DNA of 64,000 nucleotides from the human T2T-CHM13v2.0 reference genome, Homo sapiens, in assembly GCF_009914755.1 (NCBI RefSeq), contig NC_060932.1; one strand, 5' to 3'. Positions 59,650 through 64,000 of this stretch are shown one piece after another. The position numbers and the translations under genes were made by a program. Every line of letters starts with the position of its first letter. Positions within the stretch are counted from its first letter, which is position 1. Under the pieces are notes generated by a model. That model had not been told where the DNA came from. It saw nothing but the letters and a program-made list of their open reading frames with translations, and made no database searches.

Positions 59650-60430
59650 GATAATGGAAAACTGTGCTGAATATTTTTATCATGTTAGGAACAAGAAGGG
59701 CTTTCTAAGCAAGGACATATATCCAGAAACTCTTAAACAAATGCAAATTACAATAGTAAAAATAATTGCAGCTGGTATGAAAGAGTATGAAAATTCCCAT
59801 TACATAAGAGTCTTTGCTGATTATATAGAAAAAGAACCCAATAGAAAAATAAATTATTGAAGAAACAGACAATTATTTTCTTTAAAAGTATACAAATTCC
59901 TTTAAAAGTAAATACATGAAAATTTGGGATAAAAATGAAGCTGCATTTTCTTTATGTATCAGATTGGCAAAATTAAAATGATTTATAATACCAGTATTGG
60001 CAGAATGTGGAGAAATTGGCACTTGCACTACATTAGTAGTAACATAAATTGAGACTTAGAGTAGTTTGGCAACATCTATTAAAACATAAAGCACACATAC
60101 ATTTTGATAACAACTCCACCATCTTACATAAATATTTCCACAAAAGCTCAAAGATATCTATGTTTTGTGTGTGTGTTTTTGTGTATCTATGGTGTATATT
60201 TATATAATCATTACAAATAATGACTTCTATAAACTGACATAGGAAGGGATCTAAAATGTATTGCAAAGTGGAAAATATAAGGTGCAACACAGGGTATATT
60301 TCCCCACGATTTTTATTAACATATATTCATGCATATTAGCATAAGCTTTAAAAAATCTGTAAGAATATATCAGGGACTCTTAACCATGTTTCTGTTCTTA
60401 GAGGTGATATCTGAAAAATCATTTTCATAG
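59650..60430 (+). mobile_element. Old L1ME fragments
   Basis: tatcagattggcaaaattaaaa...ccagtattggcagaatgtggagaaa. Confidence 0.6.
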
Positions 60431-61479
60431 AGCATTAGGGTAAACTATCCAAACATTAGAAATAAGGAACATGACTCTGTACTGGGACAAATGAAGCTAT
60501 CTTCTATACACTGAAATGCAGTATAATCAAAGTAGTGTCCTATAGATTTGGGGCATTAAACGGTCTTCCTGGTATGAAGGAATTGGCAGTTGATGGCATG
60601 AATATCTCAGTAAAATAATTTTTCATGATATAGAGAAAGATCAGCCTATTCTCAGAATGCTAGAAGAGAAAGCCTACCTTGCCCTTTTGCCTTCCTGTCC
60701 CTCAAGTTCCACATTCTCACACCAATCACCTTCACTGATCTAAACTGCCCTAGTCAGCTTGTCTGTTTCTACCCTGCATGTAAAGTGGGAATAGAACCAA
60801 CAGCCTTCTTTTACCACCTCTCTTTAAAGGCATACCTAGGGGTGCATCTTAACTGGCTTGCAAATGCAAATAGAGACCCTGCAAATAGAGAAGGTGGAAC
60901 CTACATAGAATCACATACCACTGAAGTTCAAGTGTCCTGAGTCCTCATCTTGGGCTCTAAAGCAAAAGTACAGCCATTGGAAAAGGCAACCTGGAAGCGC
61001 ACATTCCAGGAACATCTCTGAAAACTGACATGGGAAGAAAGGCAAATACTCCTAGAGTACTCATCTCCAGGCATTCTAGAAATGTCCATAGATATTTGTA
61101 TGCAGTACAAAGGTGTCACTTCCCCCAAAACTATTGAGAAACAACCTGTATCACACACACATAGATATCTATACATTGATACATATGTATGCAAATATAC
61201 ATACATATATCAATTATCATCCAACAAAATGCATCCGCTTGGTTCTCAAAAGCGATGAACACCAGAGCAGTATGAAAATAGGACCCAGAAAGAAAGGAAA
61301 AACAGATTAAACTCAAAGTGAATGATTTTATCTGAACTTCTCTATTTCTACTTCCACAATTCAAATTAAAGTGACACACGTCTAGATTTTGTCATTATTG
61401 TGTGTTTTGTTTTGTCCTTATAAAAATGATAGGACAACTGCATAAAATACTCTCCATTAACTCATTTAGTACTCACAAA

Positions 61480-61600
61480 AATCTCACGAGGCATGTACTA
61501 TTATTTCAGCTTTCCAAATGAGGTACAGTGAGGTAAACTGAGGAAGAGAGGCACTCAGAGTTATTGTTCACACCATGCACTGGCATTTTCTTGAAACAGT
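61480..61600 (-). mobile_element. MIR
   Basis: ttccaaatgagg...gaggcactcagag. Confidence 0.5.
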
Positions 61601-61879
61601 TCTCTTTTAACTGATGAAATTTAAGAATATTCCCCTCCTGAAATGCTCTATGAATTCTAGGCCATAAAATATCAACTCGCAGTGGCAAGGCACACAATGT
61701 GTCTGTGATGCATAATGCATACCGCCAACCTAGGGCTTATTACAACTTACGCTGGAGCAGCAAATGGAATTCGGTCCCAAAGCTTTAATATGTACGCGTA
61801 TGTGTGGGAAAAAGACAGAAGAAGCCTTTGTTATTACAAAGTCCCAAAGGAAGCCAGTACCCCGCAGCAAGTTCTGACT

Positions 61880-62700
<821 letters not shown>

Positions 62701-63449
62701 TTACATCCTATTTGCTCACAAGTTTTGGTTCAGGCCTGCTGTGTGCAGAGGCGCGTGCCAGAGACACGGAATACAAAGACCTAGGCCGTAAGCCTTTAGA
62801 AGTCCCGATGAGGCACACAGTACAGGAAGAGAGTGAGACAGGTAAAAAGAGATTGCAGAACAGCGTGGTAGGGGACGAAAGAGAAGTGGTTCAAGTACTA
62901 CAGGTTGTACTCAGAAAGAATAAGGGAGAAACTTTTAAAATACCTTTTTCTGAGTAATGACCATCCACTGGGTACTTTACCCACGTTTTTACTTTCTATT
63001 TTTAATGTGTATTTTATAGAAGACATAATGAGACTCAGATTAAGTAACTGAACTTGGTTGCTCACTTGATAAATGTTTACCATTCCCACTGATAAATATC
63101 GGCCGTTCTAACCACGGTCCTATTCGAGGACTTGTGTGCTCTGTCAATGCAACACTTCTCTGGAATGGGTACAGCAGCTTCAAAACCAATCTCTGGTTTT
63201 TTACCCTTCCAGTCCATCATCCCCATTTCCACCTCCCTAAAACACAGACCTCTCCAGCTTTTACTCTGTTCAAAACTCTTAATGGTTGTCTTTGTGACGA
63301 AGTCATATCCTCCACCTGCAATGAGAAGCCCTGCACAAATTGTCTTCATTGTACAACTCCCCTCGCCAGAACGGTTCCATATATATACTCAAGCTTGGGC
63401 CACCATGTCCCTCATACTCAGCCTGTTCACATTATTAACTTAAAAAATC

Positions 63450-64000
63450 CATTGTAGTTTTGATTTGCATTTCTCTAATGATCAGTGTCATTGAGCTTTT
63501 TTTCATATGCTTGTTGGCCACATGTATTTTGGAAATCAGTGTGGTAGTTCCTCAAAGACAGAACTACCATAGGATCTGGCAATCCCATTACTGTGTATAT
63601 ACCCAAAGGAATATAAATCACTCTGTCATAAAGACACATGCACGCTTATGTTCATTGCAGCACTGTTCACAATAGCAAAGACATGGAATCAACCTAAATG
63701 TCCATCAGTGGTAGACTGCATAAAGAAAATGTGGTATATACACCATGAAATTCTATGCAGCCATAAAAAAGAATGAGATCATATCCTTTGCAGGAACATG
63801 GATGGAGCTGGGGGCCATTATCCTTAGCAACAGAAAAGCAAATACAGCATGTTCTCACTTATAAGTGGGAGCTAAATGATGAGAACACATGGACACATAG
63901 AGGGGAACAACGGATACTGGGGCCTGCTGGAGGGCAGAGTGGGTGAGGAGGGAGACGATCAGAAAAAATGACTAATAATTACTGGGCTTAATAGCTTGGT
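63450..64000 (+). mobile_element. L1PA (about PA10-16) 3' fragment with inverted 5' segment (63450-63526 on minus strand)
   Basis: Antisense L1 ORF2 piece joined to sense ttggaaatcagtgtgg...3'UTR; preceded by tt|aaaaaa. Confidence 0.85.

Overview
AT-rich primate (very probably human) genomic DNA. The only protein-coding sequence I can support is exon 1 of CYP7B1 on the minus strand (CDS 62104-61983, [41 protein letters not shown], then GTAAGC) in a CpG-island promoter. Positions 1-61982 are therefore intron 1 of CYP7B1, and much of it is transposable-element debris (Alu, L1, L2, MIR, MaLR/ERV LTRs, DNA transposons). The largest element is a ~5.4 kb HERV-W (HERV17/LTR17) processed pseudogene at 26463-31878, antisense to CYP7B1. 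It runs R-U5 to U3-R-polyA, has a 16-bp TSD and four internal deletions, and its PBS looks like tRNA-Ile rather than tRNA-Trp. Other points worth a look: a ~97% identical local duplication of an ancient MLT1 fragment, a 48-bp VNTR with ABABA higher-order structure, a SOX/octamer/E-box cluster that may be a neural enhancer, a full-length THE1D in sense orientation with splice donors, and a 5'-inverted L1 upstream of the promoter. I found no convincing novel gene system; nearly all listed ORFs are repeat-derived or chance. Repeat subfamily calls and consensus comparisons come from recalled consensus sequences, not from a search, and repeat boundaries are approximate unless a TSD is given.
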